Positions 14,474-15,014 of a stretch of DNA of 15,014 bases are shown here, in pieces; positions within the stretch are counted from its first letter, which is position 1; every line of letters starts with the position of its first letter. The translations under genes were made by a program, and so were the position numbers. The notes beneath the pieces were generated by a model. That model was not told the DNA's origin. It worked only from the letters and a program-made list of their open reading frames with translations, and did not search any database. This stretch comes from a virus, in UHGV virus genome UHGV-0054899. The stretch is one strand, 5' to 3'.

Positions 14474-15014
14474 TGGCCTCAGTTATCGAGATCTGCAACC
14501 GTGCGCTGAGCAATATCGGCAACACCCGCAGCATAAACAGTCTGATCGAATCCAGCAAAGAGGCCGGGCAGTGCTCCCTGCATTTTGATGCGTGCCGCGA
14601 TGCTGCTCTGGCTGACTTCGACTGGAATTTTGCAACCAAGCGTGTGGCGCTTGCTGATACCAATAATCCGCCTCCTGACTGGCAATACGCTTACCAGTAC
14701 CCATCTGATTGCGTCCGTATAACCGAGATCATGCCTACCGGCATACGTAATCCTACCGCTGCGCAGCGCATTGAATATGTTGTCGGTTCCAATGAAGACC
14801 TGACAGGTAAGCTCATTTACACCGATCAGCCGAAAGCGTGGTTGAAGTACGTGGCGCGGGTTACTGACGTCAATATGTATGACGCCATCTTTATGGAGGC
14901 GCTTTCCTGGCGTCTGGCGGCAGCCATCAATATGGTGCTGACCGGAAGCGCAGATCTCGGTAACAATGCACTGACGATGTACAACCGTGTGATCCTGAGT
15001 GCTGGCTCACATAG
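14473..15014 (+). CDS. tail adaptor / tail tubular protein A-like (T7 gp11-like by recollection), 3' partial
   Basis: ATG at 14473 after GGGGAGGA; the frame stays open to the window end, so it is absent from the ORF track. N-terminal MASVIEICNRALSNIGNTRSINSLIES… has the same pattern as the T7 gp11 N-terminus as I recall it. Confidence 0.5.
   Translation, partial: MASVIEICNRALSNIGNTRSINSLIESSKEAGQCSLHFDACRDAALADFDWNFATKRVALADTNNPPPDWQYAYQYPSDCVRITEIMPTGIRNPTAAQRIEYVVGSNEDLTGKLIYTDQPKAWLKYVARVTDVNMYDAIFMEALSWRLAAAINMVLTGSADLGNNALTMYNRVILSAGSH

Overview
This window is a mosaic enterobacterial (E. coli/Salmonella-like) prophage segment, almost entirely + strand. It runs from the 3' end of a lambda cII-like gene, through an antirepressor-like gene, lambda O-like and P-like replication genes (with iterons inside the O-like gene), a nin-like block of small genes, terminase small and large subunits, then portal, scaffold-like, putative capsid and the start of a tail-adaptor-like gene. 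The most unusual part is a roughly 1.2 kb accessory insertion between terminase large subunit and the structural operon (7529-8760). It holds a low-GC minus-strand gene of unknown function with its own Shine-Dalgarno and downstream terminator, preceded by an intrinsic terminator abutting its ribosome-binding site and about 630 bp with no credible ORF. Other points: an identical 12-bp palindrome after two gene ends, a TTACC-N5-GGTAA motif upstream of two late operons, and a MazG-like gene split by one in-frame TAA. All calls are from reading the sequence and recalled family features; no database search was run. I could not identify the system in the insertion.
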